From: Klebsormidium nitens
Lineage: Eukaryota > Plantae > Klebsormidiophyceae
NCBI GenBank assembly: GCA_000708835.1
Contig: DF236998.1
Location: forward strand, 45,880-109,879
Length of the DNA stretch: 64,000 bases
Direction of reading: 5' to 3'
Below are positions 34,157-46,960 of this stretch, in pieces. The notes below the pieces were generated by a model. That model did no database searches, had not been told where the DNA came from, and worked only from the letters and a program-made list of their open reading frames with translations. The translations under genes were made by a program, and so were the position numbers. Each line of letters starts with the position of its first letter. Within the stretch, counting starts at the first letter, position 1.

Positions 34157-37100
34157 ATGCTCAGAAAGATGGCCTCATCTGCTGCTATCGCGGACGGCAT
34201 GGGGGGTTTATCAACACCCACCCCAATGCCCGGCGGGGGGCAGTCACAGCAGACGGTGTTGGGGGGCCTGTTCCGCCGTAAAGCGTCTGATTCACATCAC
34301 CGCATCTCGCAGATCCCTCGAGTCCTCACATTCATACACCTTCTTCCAGTAGGTGAGGTTTTGCATTGTCTTCAGGAGCTGCTCATTGGGGTGGTTTGAT
34401 TGAGAAGGATTTCATTTTTGGACTGCTTAGGTCTGGATTTTAGGGTTTGTGGTCAGGCTAGATCTGAGCTTCTCTGATTCTGGCAGCATTGCAAAGCTTT
34501 GGAAAGAGGCCATGCATTTGGTAGGATCACTGGCCCTGGCGTGAAGAGAACAGCGCTTCAAAACCGCAGAATCTATTGTTCCAGACATGCCTGACGTTGA
34601 GTGTACTTGTATTTGCATTCAACGTCTCCTCGAGCTTATCCTTTCAGTAAAGTGTGACCTGACTGCGTCTGCGTGATCCAATGCCTTGGGTTTCTATGCT
34701 CTGGTAGAAAGTATGATTGTTCTGTCGCAGTCTGTTTATTCACAGCTGTCAATCCGCAGGGCACATCGCCCCTTGTGCTCCAATCTGGGCATCGCCCCTC
34801 GAGGCCTGCTTCACTTTCCTGAGCAACCACTTATAATCTCCTAAATGTCTCTCCATTGTATTGGGTAGTGCGCGTTGCTTGTCAACAAGTGAGGTGGCAT
34901 ATCTTTAAACAGTTGTGCCAAACAGAATGCGGGGGAATTAATTGACGCTGGGCGCAATGCGTAGTCGTCTTTACGGGAAGGTCTCAACACTTGTGAGCAA
35001 GGGCAGAGCCCGGCATCAAGCTGAAAACCATCAACCTTGTTGAAGCTTACCAGAAGAAGCAAGAAGAGGCTCTTTAAGAACTTCAAGAACCGAACGAAGA
35101 AAGCGAGAACTCCGAAGAGAGATGATGATAGAGATCAGAGTTTGTCAATTTGAACAACACGACATGCTCCGACTGTGGCTATGCCTTTTGACAGGTGTCG
35201 GTGCAACAATCGGTGCTGGCGTGTACGTCCTGGTCGGCGCTGCGGCCAGGGAGAGGGCGGGCCCCGCCTTGACGTTGTCGTTCCTCTTGGCGGGGATCGC
35301 CGCAGCACTAGCAGCTCTGTGCTATGCGGAGCAAGCCAGCCGGTGCCCTTCCGCGGGCTCTGCATATCACTACGCATACACCTGTGTTGGCGAAGCGTGA
35401 GTGGGGCAACGCGTCTCTCTTCTCTGTGGCCACTCTTTGACTTAGACAGAAGAGACCATCCGTGTATCTTTTTCCGGGAGTGTGAGTAGGGCAGCGCTTC
35501 TCGCTTCTCTGTGGCCCCTCTTCAGGTTAGACAGTAACGAGTCTGAGTGTATCTGTTTGCGGAGCAGGAGCGGGGCAGCGCTTCTCTCTTCCTCCTGTCC
35601 CCTGATTGAAGTTGGTCGGAAGAGATTGCACCGTGTCTGTGATTAACGAAATGCGAGTTCGAAGATACGGCAACGCTCTTATAGGCTAGTCAAGGACGTC
35701 TGAGACAGTGATTTGTTGGTGTTGAAATGTTTGGACTCTTCCACGACTGGATTTGTCAATCTTCAGCTCTGTTGAATGTGGATAAGAAAAGGTTTGGCCC
35801 CCTTGAAGGAAGCAGCAAAAGTCGGGTTAAAAGTCGGTTCGAATCCAAAGTAGCTTCCTCTGTGTGCACTGTCGGGTAGACTTTCGAGAGCCGTTGGCTG
35901 CCTTTTGACAGCTATCGGAGGCTGATGATCTGCCCGTTGCTCTTGCAGAGTGGCGTGGATTGTTGGCTGGGGGCTGATTCTCGAGTACGGCGTCGGAGCG
36001 GCCGCGGTGGCAAGGGGTATTGCTCCCAACTTGGTCAGTCCCCTTGCATCACTTTAGCAGTCACGAGCAATACGTATATCATGTCTCTCTCTTGCCTCAC
36101 ATCCAGAAGTGGGGACCTGATGAAACTTGTGCTGTGTTTGGAACCGTCCTTGCGACGGGCTCATATAAGGAACATAATGCATCTAGTCGGAGAGGGAGTC
36201 GTAGCCTCCAGGGTGGGACTAGCTGGCTGGACTGTCGTCTTCTTCCCTTGCCTTTACACTTACTCCCCAGTCACTCCTGTCGCGGTTAGTCACAGATGTT
36301 ACCCCAGCTCAGTAGGCACAACGTAACTCGATCCACATCACAATCCCACAAGAAACAACGCCGGAATCCGTTCTTGACACAGGCGACATTTGCCGGGGGT
36401 TACGACAACTTGCCGTGGATCCTGCACCGCATTCCGGTCTTCGATACTGGCGTCGAGCTGGATCCGGTTGCGGCGCTGATGGTTGTGTTGGTGACGGTGC
36501 TCCTGTGCTACGGGATCAAAGAGGTGAGCCGCATAGATTCTCTCCTCAAAGCTGAAAGATCAGCATTGATGGTTTGTGATCTTGTTGGAATTAATACATG
36601 GCAATCCAGATTGCGCTCCGAGATAAATCCCTTCCGTCTGTGCACGATCCCCAGGTGGAGAAGGATGTATCTCAAGCCTTATCGGCTGTGCACTTGCACT
36701 TCGGACAGAAGCAGGAAGGAACTTTTGTAACCTTGTTCTGGACCATTGGACCTATTTTGAAACCGCTGGCGGGTCTTTCACCTGGCTATGCAGCCAGCTT
36801 TCCTGAGTCAGTTCGCAGGCTGCTTCATTCTGAAGGAAAAAGTTTAACTCCATCGAAAGGCCGAGTCGTTTCACAGGCTGTTTCGTTTTGAAGGAGAGAC
36901 TTGAAATCCATTGATCATACTTCAGATTACTTGGCTTTCATCTTTCCTGCCCGGTACGTTCAGTAGAGCGGAAACGAAGCGGAAGCAGAAACGGAGACGG
37001 AAACTCAACGGCAGCGGAAATGGAAATGAGGAAATGGAAACGGAAACGGAAACGGAAACGTGTGCCCTTTGCAGAGCGTGACAGTCCAGGGGGTTTTGGT

Positions 37101-40100
37101 GGTGATGAACGGGGTTGTCCTCTCGTTTGTGGTCGTCGCGGGTGTCGTTGCGGGTTCGCGGAGCGGGTGGGAAGGGTACAAGCAACCGGGGGGGTGAGCT
37201 TCCTTTCGAGTTAGCGCTTTTCTCACTGACGAACGAGTACGTCTGGTGCAAATTCGAGGCTTCGCTGTTTCACGTGAAAGATGTTTTCTGGGAGATTTAT
37301 CGTAAGCTTACAAGGCCAGAAAAGCCCGGACGTAGCAGTCCATTCTGGGCTTTGGCTCGACCTCTTTCCAATAGGGTCTTGGCCAAAGCTTCAGACCGGG
37401 ACGGGTGCCTTGGACGGTGTTGGGATAGGGAGCGAAGCCGTTGCTTTTCTCTGTGCGAGTATACTGCGCTTTACAAGGTTCCGACCCTATTCTGGGCTCA
37501 ATAAAGGTCTCTCAAATTTTTGTTTTGGATTGCACCTGACTACTGGACGATGAGAGCCAGTAAGTCTTGCCAAAGCTTTGCATCGTAGGTTCCGCCTGAA
37601 GAACGCGTGGGGAAGAGTCACCCTTGGGCAACAAGCTCCTTTCTCCTCCAGAACCTGTCACCATATTCAGCAAAGTAGAATGGAAATGTTGACGGGGTTT
37701 TGGCCTGTCCAGGTATGCACCCTACGGCATCAACGGCGTCTTTGGCGGCGCCGCGATGGTCTTCTTTGCGTACATTGGGTTCGACGCGGTTGCTGCGACG
37801 GCTGAGGAGGTGAGGATCGTCAAAATTTTCGATTGCTTCCTACAGATTTTGACCCCAACAATGCATCGAAAAGCAAACCAGTCGATGACTGCGCACTACC
37901 TCTCCTTCTGCGATCTTGACGTGCCTTGATCTTTGCCACCGAGTACCGCAAAGGGTTGAGACGACCCGAAAACATCGTTTAACCGCAGCACCCTATTATA
38001 TCCTGCCCATCTGTCTGTGGGTGTGTTTTGGCCGTCACCTTGTGGGCGCATATGTTAGACTAGCATAGGGGGTGTCTTGGTTGCCACACAACTCCTGCCG
38101 AAAGTGCGTCCTCTCGTTTCGTGCCTCTCACAGCGGATCTCGCTGACCGGTCATGCTTCACTTCGCCTAGTAAGACCGAGCTACGAACCTTACGACTGCG
38201 GTTAGAAACAACCGACTCACTTCGCACCCTTTGGTACAAGCGACCGACCTTCGAACGCCCACATCAAACCCTCTTCATTCCCTTCAATCGCGTGATTCTC
38301 CCAGCGAATTGTGACGTCATCCTCATGACGTGACGTCGTTCCTCTGCAGGTGAAGAAGCCGCAGCGCGACCTCCCGCTGGGCATCGGGCTGTCGCTCCTC
38401 ATCTGCGGCGCACTCTACATGGCGGTTGCCGCCGTTCTAGTTGGCCTCGTGCCGTACCACGACATCAATGTCGACACGCCGATCTCGTCCGCTTTTGCGG
38501 CGCACGGGATGCCGTGGGCGCAGTAAGTGTCCAGCAAGCCTCGAGATAAAGTCAAAAGTTGGAGTCCTGCAATCTGGTTTGTTTTGCTCGGCCTTGTGCC
38601 CTAATTCGATGGTTCACGCTTCCATCTCGTTAGAATCGCAGCACACAAGACCCCATGAACACAAGATGAACACACTCAGTCTCAGGTCCGAAGAGGACCA
38701 TTCACAATCTTCTGTTACGGCTTGATCAGTGTACCTGAGACGTCACTACGCCAAAGTTTATGAATTTGGGAGTCGGCCTTCCGCGGCTGAAGAAGCTGTG
38801 AAGCTAGATAAGATTGAACATGGATACTCACAACTTCTGGATTGCCGCCGCATAATCTGGACGTGTTTCTAACCGTGCCTGGAACCCTTAAAAGCGTCGA
38901 ACGGGGACGGTCTTTTTTCGTACGATCGTAATTCCCTGTGGTGAGCCATCGGCGGAGTGTCAGGGTGCCACCCCCGCTCCTCAAATCTTTCGAAGTCGCA
39001 GGAGCTCCTTTTTTAGGGAATATGAAGGCTACGGCGCATTGAGGAAGAGCTCTGTATGAATCTTACCTGCCCGTTGGCTGGTGCAGGTATATCGTTGCGG
39101 GGGGCGCACTCGCCGCGCTCTCGACGACGCTCATCGGATCCCTTCTACCGCAGGCAAGTCGCACCTCTTCAGCCAAACCTAATGTGGAATTGATTAAATG
39201 GCCCAAAGATGCAAGTGTCAAGTCAGTCATTGTATGCTGAGACTGCCTTTTCGTTGTATGCTGAGATTGCCTTTCACACGCTGTGCATGAAGGCATGGTT
39301 CAAACAGGGCAACGCGGAGCTGCTTGGACCGTTGCTTGAGTTACCTCCGACTGTTCGCGTTTGTCGGTTGTCCAGTTCGGCAAGCCTTACTGCGATCTGC
39401 AGATTACTTTTGCATTGGGTTACAACACAGTTGTCATAACCCCAAGGCTTCTCCTTCCACTGCGTTCCCTAGACAGACAACGTCATCCGGATATGATATT
39501 GCTGCCTGTGCTGTAATCCTTTTGTTGAGCCGCGTGTCGGCCTGTGGTGCAGCCACGTGTCCTCATGGCGATGGCTCGCGACGGGCTCCTTCCGCGCTGG
39601 TTCAGCCGGCTGGATCCGGTCAACGGAACGCCGACCAATGCCACCATAGTCAGCGGACTCGTGGCAGCGGCGATGGCGTTCGCGATGAACATCGACGAAC
39701 TGTCCGGAATGGTGAGATTTTCAACCAAAAACATTTTGCGAACTGTCCGGAATGGTGAGAGTTTTACCTAGAAACATTGGACGTGCTGTCCGAAATGTGA
39801 GAGTTGATGAACTCAAATCAGTTGATGAACTGTGTGGAATGGTGACAAATCAACCCAAAAACGATATACGAACTTTTCAGAATGGTTAGGCGGCAAAGCA
39901 AAAGCGACGGGCTATCAAGGTGGTAGCACTCTCCGACCGATAAAGCAAGAGCTGTGCAGCAATCGAGAAGTTCTAAGATTGTCGAAAGAGCCAGGTGTTG
40001 AGAGATGAGCGCTAGCGGATTGTCGGTTAGGGTCCACACGAGTTGGACAATATTGCCGGAATTTGGAAGACAACTTCCCCTACTGGATACCGTCCATCGC

Positions 40101-43090
40101 TTCTTGCTGTAGAAGATTCCGACTCTTGAAGACTTTGACACGTGCTTTGGGGTCACAAAAGTAGTCCTTGTACCCCCCTCAAAGCGTCCCCCCTGCAGGT
40201 CAGCGTTGGCACGCTGCTCGCCTTCTCGGTCGTCAGCGCCTCGGTCCTCATCCTTCGGTACGTACCGCCGGAACCGCCGGCGTCCACGTCAACCTACACC
40301 AGCCCCGATCCGTCCGTACACGATGCTGACCTCATCGCCGCCGCCGCCGTCCTAAACCCCCCCGTTTCGGGGGGGTCCGCTCCCCACCCCCCGAGACCCC
40401 CCCTGCTGCACCACAGGAGCTTGTCGGAGGAAAGGCTGGTGACAAAGGATCCGCTGCTCGGGGCGTTGCAGAATTTGGGAAATCCGCCGGAAGGGGTTCC
40501 GGTGTTGGAGGGAGTGAGAGTGCTGACGCGAATAGGGAGCGCGGAGTTGCGGGCGAGCATGGGGAGTAAAGGTGAGGAGGATTCGATACAAAGTCCCATT
40601 GATCCAGAACATTGCTTCTTAAAGCTGGTCAGTTCAGAATTCAGGATTTTGAAGGTGACAAATTTCAGATGCGAAGGGTGCCAGCGTATGGTTTGATCCG
40701 AATGATGGCCTTCTATGCTTTTGGGGGTTTGAGGGTGCTTTAGGGTGCTCACTTCTCCTCCGACGTGAAATAGCTGAAGCAGTGCTTGCTTTCTTTGTCC
40801 ACGGAAACACAGGACGACACAGGCGTCTGGACACTGGATGAGTTCGAGTTCACCCATGTTCGTCGTGATTCTCTTGGCCGATGACGAATTTGCACGAGCT
40901 TGATAACATGCTCGATCGGTACTGACGCGCGAGACTGGGTTGAGGTCGGTTGCCTTTTCTTGGAAGAGCAAACCCAAAATGGCCCTTTCTGGCATAGCTC
41001 TTTCTGGTAGGCTGTGAACAAAACAAATCAAAATTTTGTTTCTACTTTGAGGCTGACTCTCTCTCCCTCCTCAGAAGACGCGAAGCGGCGGCAAAGAGCG
41101 GCGTGGGCCATCTCCGCACTGTCGGTCAGCGCGCCGGTCATGTGCCTGGGGGCGGCGGGCGACGGCATGCCGCCGTAAGTTGCGTCGCCTTCCTCAGAAG
41201 CACCGTAGTCCGAGGTATTGATTCCGAATAATTAAATTATTATTGGCATTCGGAAAGTGGAAATTTGGAAAGGTTAACCAATTCTGGAATACTTCTCGGA
41301 AGCCCCAAAACGGCCAAAATCAGCTTGACAATCCCCTTCTTAGTGAGAACATAGGGCATCCGGATTGTAGTCGGAATCATCTTAATCAATTCCGGTTTTC
41401 GGGTCGGATACTCGGAAAATAAATTCGTCCGGAATCATCACGTTGGACTACGGTATCCGTATCTTTTTTCTGCGCTACCTGCTGCTGACACCTATTTTTG
41501 AGGTTTTAGATTGCTTATATTGCTCGACGAGCGCACCAGTAGTGTGCCTGGGAGCCAAAGGGGGAATGATGGGTCGGTCACTGTATGGCTGTCCGTCTCG
41601 ACGTACTTTTTAGCGCTCTTCAAATTTCCTTGCTTTGCATCGCTTTCCCTTCGCCGCTCTTAACGTTCTCCTTCCTTTCGGTTTGCTCGCTGTCGGATCC
41701 TGTCGTAAGATTTCGAGAAGCGTTTTGGCTGCGCACGTTGTCTTGACTTTACACAAGCGGTTACGTAGCCACTAGCTCCACAAGTTCGAGGCAGCCTCGC
41801 TTCGCGAAGTTCCAAGTCAATCAAAGCACTCTAGAGCCTGGGAGACACGAAGGCAACCTTTACCTCGATATCAATTCTCAAACTTACTCCTCTTGTGACA
41901 GCTGGCTGCGGTGGGTGCTGGGCGGCCTGGGGCTGCCCTCCTTTTTGGGCTCCTACCTAGTTCTTCTCTTGTTGCCGGAAGACGAGGGGGCGCTCACGTT
42001 CGGGCATGCCGGAGGTGAGATACCGTGGCCGTGAGCTGAACCTGTGTATCTTGTCCCCTTCTGATTTGATTCGCCTCTGTGCTGCTTGGTTGTGGAAAAG
42101 CAAGGGGAGAATGGCTAGGAGTACGGCGAAAAAGCTCTCGGTCTGGCATGCATCCCTTGGATAGTCTTAGGAGAGTAGGCCTGGAAAACAGCTTATAATT
42201 CTGCTCGATCGTTGCTCTTTGTTCTGTCAACCAAAGTCAAATGCATTCGATTTTGAGGAGAAACCGAAGGACCTACAAACGGACCACATGTAAGCACCAC
42301 TCTCGCTCGACTCAACCGGACACCAACTGACATGAGTGTACACAGTGGACTCGATTGTAAGGAACGTCGACGGAGCAAATCGAAGCTTTGCTTTCGATCC
42401 GCAGGCTTCCAGTGCCCCTTCGTGCCGACCCTTCCAGTCGCTAGCGTTGCGATCAACGTCTACTTCATGGTCAATCTGGGGTGAGCGTCGCACGTTTTCT
42501 CATTGATCAGGGGAAAGTATAGAAAAACAGCCACCCGGGAGCGCGTTGACTGTTGCAAAGTCCTTAAGCTGTGTGAGATATAAAAAATCAAGACTTGATT
42601 TGCCGATGTTGAAGGGGTAAGCCTAGATCGAACTCTTTGTAAGGAGCCAGCACGAGTAGAGAAATGGCACAGCGCAAGGCGCGCAGGCAGCCACGGAGTG
42701 AATTTCTGTTTAATGACACTGCAGGACTGAATCTATGAGAATTGATGTATCTCGTAGTGGCTGGGTTCTCCGGAATGTTTTATAGGAGCTCGTTTTGCCG
42801 GCGTCAACCTAGTGAAAGCGGCCGTGCTGGACTGCTTTAGTTTAAAAAACTTACTATTCCTCCGATACAGATTGGCCACGTGGCTCCGCGTCGGCGGATG
42901 GCTGCTAATGGGCGCGCTTATATACGCTCTGTACGGTTATCAAAACAGTGCCCTTGGGCCTCCAAAGGGAGAGACCGAGCTGAAAACACTCGGGCCGCGC
43001 CGGCGGAGCTGGATTGGGGACCTGGGTTACCGCTGGTTTAGCCGGTCGTTTGCTTACCTGCCCCAGGTTAACCAAGATACGGAAGCATAG
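34157..43090 (+). CDS. CAT: Cationic amino acid transporter (APC superfamily, CAT2/3/4 type), about 706 aa; exons 34157-34352, 35195-35396, 35949-36033, 36383-36523, 37075-37193, 37713-37809, 38350-38522, 39087-39153, 39553-39711, 40199-40571, 41075-41174, 41902-42014, 42405-42480, 42871-43090
   Basis: Motifs [89 protein letters not shown]. Phases are consistent (2121 nt). The start could be the in-frame ATG near 34199. Confidence 0.95.
35397..35650 (+). repeat. About 85-bp tandem triplication starting at a donor site (CAT intron 2)
   Basis: GTGAGTGGGGCAACGCGTCTCTCTTCTCTGTGGCC at 35397, GTGAGTAGGGCAGCGCTTCTCGCTTCTCTGTGGCC at 35482, and a third degenerate copy near 35567. Confidence 0.8.
36969..37060 (+). 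repeat. Degenerate (GGAAAC)n microsatellite in a CAT intron
   Basis: GGAAACGGAAACGGAAACGGAAAC and variants directly upstream of the 37074 acceptor. Confidence 0.85.
39693..39890 (+). repeat. About 43-bp tandem array of an exon end plus donor (CAT)
   Basis: GAACTGTCCGGAATG|GTGAGA followed by four progressively degenerate copies. Confidence 0.85.
41202..41454. mobile_element. Probable MITE inside a CAT intron (about 250 bp)
   Basis: Imperfect 25-bp terminal inverted repeats ACCGTAGTCC-N7-TGATTCCG (41202-41226 and 41430-41454), AT-rich interior with recurring TCGGAA/TTCCGA motifs; no clear TSD. Confidence 0.55.
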
Positions 43091-44393
43091 CGGGAATCCG
43101 GGGTTCTGAACGTTTAGTCGGTCGAAAGCGTAGGTTGACCGGAGTCAGAAAGGTACAGTGCAAGACAGGTTATTCCAGGGGCGGATATGGGCACGGACGT
43201 TCCTGTCAAAAAGCATTGGAGCGCCGCAAATTGAAAGGCTGTGTCATCAAGAGCGTTACGAAAAGAGACCATCGAGAGCTCGAACAGCATTAGGATGCAT
43301 CTTGAAGGAACATTGTCTTGTCTTGATGGATCGAAGCAGTAAGCTTGTAATTAGCCGTAGCACGTATCAACGTTGGTGAGAAGGTGTGGTTTCACCAAAG
43401 GAAGAAGTCAAAAGTTAGGGTGGGTTGGAAAAGCAAAGGAGGCTCACTCGTAGGCTCGTTCGCTGCAGTACATATGTAATATTAGTTCTCACTATAGACC
43501 ACGTTAGAATTGCGGCATACTGGGCTTCAGAGTTTCACGTTTTTCACTGAATAGAATAAGAGCAGACTGATGATTGCATGCACCAGGTACGGTAACGCAA
43601 TAGTTGATCTTTCATGAGCAGATGTCATGCACGCATGTGAATGAGCATAGTTGGCGGACTATCATTGCACCGGTACATCCATTTCATCGTATATGATTCT
43701 CAATCAGGACGTGGGCGAATTAAGGTTATATTGCATTCGTAATGATTGTGCACCTTTTTGGACTTAAATGGTATATACGACGTTAAACTTCAATGACATG
43801 ATGAGACCGTCCGGTGGCGCAGCATGGCCTGTGCGCGGGCGGCTGCGGGTCACAGGCCATGCACATTCGTCGCGGACTCTGCGATGCCCATTGCAGTGAC
43901 TCGAACTTGAAATTGTGTTTTTATCCCATGGTTTACTATTCCGTCCACAATTATTCGCATGCATGATGAAAACATGCGTCGTTCAAAAATTTGGAAGCAG
44001 TGTTAATCCGTGGTCGGGCCCTCGCAAAGGATCGGATGCACTGATCGTACCTTGCAATGCACATGCATATCACAATATTCTTCGATCGAGAACTGGCTTG
44101 CGTGACAAACCGACCATGCCGCACCTTACATAGGCGTTGAATTGAGTTTGATCGTAGACTACAGCCTCCATCCTCAGACCAGAGCTAGACTGATGGGTTA
44201 TTGGAAGATAGTCGAAGCGGTGTGATCCTTCATTCCCACTGAAAATCGACGCCATCAACCATGTGCTTCAAGTGGAGATTACCATCCGATACATTTGCAG
44301 GACAACCGCTGGAGGGCGCGTATGGAAAGTCGCTTGCACGTCTCCTTGGAAAGCGTCACTTCGTCAACTCGAAGATGTAAAATGGAGGTGGCT

Positions 44394-46552
44394 TCAATAG
44401 GGCCGAAACTTCCTCGATGCCTTGAGCCGAGCTATCCGCTTCTTGTCCTCGTCGAACTTTTGTTGCAACGCCATCAGCTCTGCAAGAACCGCCAGATTGT
44501 TTCAGTAGTGGCAGACTTCCCGGTTTGACTCTGGCGCGTCTTTTCTAGGCCTCGGGTTAAACGAAACGCGATGCCTAGAGAACGCACGCCAGTGTCACGC
44601 CAGAGGGCGAGGCTTCAATCAGTCAACAACGTACGCAGTCCAACCAAGGTACAGACCTTATTTCCAGCAATCGTAACTGAATACTGTCTGCTCAATTGAA
44701 GTGCGTATCGGGACTTGAAGTGTAGGAGTGGGTGACTGAGGAGCTTTGATCGTCAAGACAAGATCTTCTAGAAGGGCCCAATGGCCGCAGGAATGCCGCG
44801 ATCTGATGAGAAGGAGCTGGTCAACCAGACGGCTCGCTGTGACTTTTCAAAATAATGACTCGACGAGGTTACATACAGTTCCATTCGGATGCGTGACGGA
44901 CACAACAGATCGAGAAACCCCAGACTACGTAAAGTTCTTCATCTTTCATGTGGGATACTCCAGCACAAAATTCGGACCAAGCGAGCAAGAACCAGATTCT
45001 CGGAGGCAGGACCCTTAGCCGATCCCACTCACCGCTGCGCCGCCTGTCCCGCTCCTGGAACCTGTAGAAGTCCAGCACCTGGCCCTTGTTCTTTTTCCTC
45101 GCCTGCTCCTCCGCGGCCCTCGCCGCCACCTCCGGCGCCACCGCCCCCACCGCCGTGCCCTCCGCGTCCGTGTTCTTCTTCCGGCCCGCCTTCCCAACGA
45201 CGAGCGTCCATCCATCGTCTTCGGCGGCCTTCGCTTCTCGCTCTCGCCGCGCCTGTGGAATAATACATTGTTACAATTGGCAATGAGCGTGGTTTTGGTT
45301 GGCTGATGTTTTGGTTATGTAGGCTCAATTGCATGACGTAGGCTTTGGCTGCGGCAAAGCGTTCTTTCTTTCCAGACCGGGCTTTTATCCTGAAAAGCCC
45401 GGTCTCCTTGAAAGCCGGGCCTGGAAAGAAAGAACGCGGCGAACTACAGCAAAATTCCCTTCCCGCAGCCAGTTTTACCACCATTGAGCGGCCGCCACTC
45501 TTCATTGCCATTCAGTGGAAGAAAAACAAACCGATGCCTTCATTGACTCAACTTGAAGAAGCACGTTTTGACTTTCCAAGAAATTGTTTCTCTTCACCTC
45601 CGTCCTAACAAAAAGCGTCCGACCGTCACATCCAGCACCTGTTCCCTTGTCTTGGTTCTGGTCTGAGAAGACATCTGGCAACCTGAGAAAGGGCCCGTAT
45701 TTTCTGAAACAGAGTGGGTCAGCCCAATGCGCTCTTTTATTGGGAAAAACAACGTTGAATGGAAGTTAAGTTTACAGTCCATTTGCTTCATTTATCACCA
45801 CAGTTTGAAGCTGGAGTTCCAGTTTACCAGATCCCTGGATCCTTGATGACAAGCGACTTTCAATGGCTCAACTCCTAGGAACATACACTGACCTGCTCCT
45901 CGCGTACATCAAACTCTGCCATCCACTGGTCGATCTGCGCCTGAAGTACTTCTAGGCCAGGCCGTGCGTCATGGTACTGCTTGATCCACTCTGCGAATAA
46001 AACAGCGTTGAGCAGGTTGTTGTTTGTATGGTGAATAGCCCCTGGACCAGCATTTGCATTTGTGGACTTGCCCTGCAAGCCAGCATGCCTTAGCGCAGGT
46101 TTCGCCGGATGTCTCCGAAAAAGGCGATTCCTTGATGATCTTACGCCGAGCAACCATCCCATGGACAATGCGACTAGCTAGCTGCCGAGAAAGTTTTGCA
46201 GTAGAAGTGCCCGCAACGTCAATAATTGTTCCCTGTCCCCAATTACATTCTCCGAATGATCATTGACATCTCCGCCATAAACGTAGTGAAAACCTCTTCT
46301 TAACTCTTCACATGCCTCGTGACGAGTTGGTGTGCTTCTAACCTCCCTGTTAGTTTAAGTGCTTATGATGCCCCGTTAGAGGGGGCTTGCATCATCAAGC
46401 CGTTGAGGAAAATGCAAAGAGTGCTCACTTGCAAGTCCTTCTAGTTCCCCCCCACCACCATTTCCATTCGTTTCTGTTGGAGGCTCTTTTGAAAGCCCTG
46501 GTCCACTTTGCACTGGTTCTGTTGACATCGCCACTACCGCTTTCCCTATCAT
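44394..46552 (-). CDS. RRP7: Ribosomal RNA-processing protein 7 (RRP7 C-terminal domain); exons 46552-46429, 45990-45893, 45252-45033, 44479-44394; true 5' end unresolved
   Basis: The spliced frame gives GLAKWIKQYHDARPGLEVLQAQIDQWM...EDDGWTLVVGKAGRKK...VLDFYRFQERDRRRSELMALQQKFDEDKKRIARLKASRKFRPY*, the canonical RRP7 C-terminus. Confidence 0.88.
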
Positions 46553-46891
46553 GGACACAGATGAGGATGTCAACCAGAATTCTGTTGGCGACTCTATCAC
46601 GCAAACCCCTCCTTTCCCCCCAGGTGGCGGCAAGGTTCTAAGAGGTGGTGAGGCAACCGATGCAGATTGTGACGCGGCTCAACGAGCTGAAGAAACTGCC
46701 ACACTTTCAACGGTATAACTTACAAGCGGAATCGTTGACTTCAACTTAAAGTTCAGAGAAACCGCAGCTTGTTGGAACGACAGCGCTGCAGAAGGAATAG
46801 AATGAAGAACTGAAGTCTGCCAAAGAAGCATCACATACATACATGTACATTATCTTCTTTCTGTACGACCGAAAGAAACCACTGTAGCCGA

Positions 46892-46960
46892 AGCCCAGGC
46901 CCGACCCTTGCCGGACCAGAACATGAACTTGGGACCGCGCGGTCCCAACTATTTATAAAG
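46892..46960. promoter_or_regulatory. Candidate core promoter between divergent RRP7 and APRT: site II motif, perfect 20-bp palindrome and TATA-like box
   Basis: AGCCCA at 46892-46897, TTGGGACCGCGCGGTCCCAA at 46929-46948, TATTTATAAAG at 46950-46960. Function is inferred from motif similarity only. Confidence 0.4.

Noticed and set aside
35820-35850. GGTTCGAATCC tRNA T-loop-like motif (and a similar one near 25500)
   Set aside because: No acceptor stem, D-arm or anticodon arm could be folded around it.
43560-44070. Many CATGCA (RY-like) motifs between CAT and RRP7
   Set aside because: The region lies between two 3' ends and the motif is common throughout the window.
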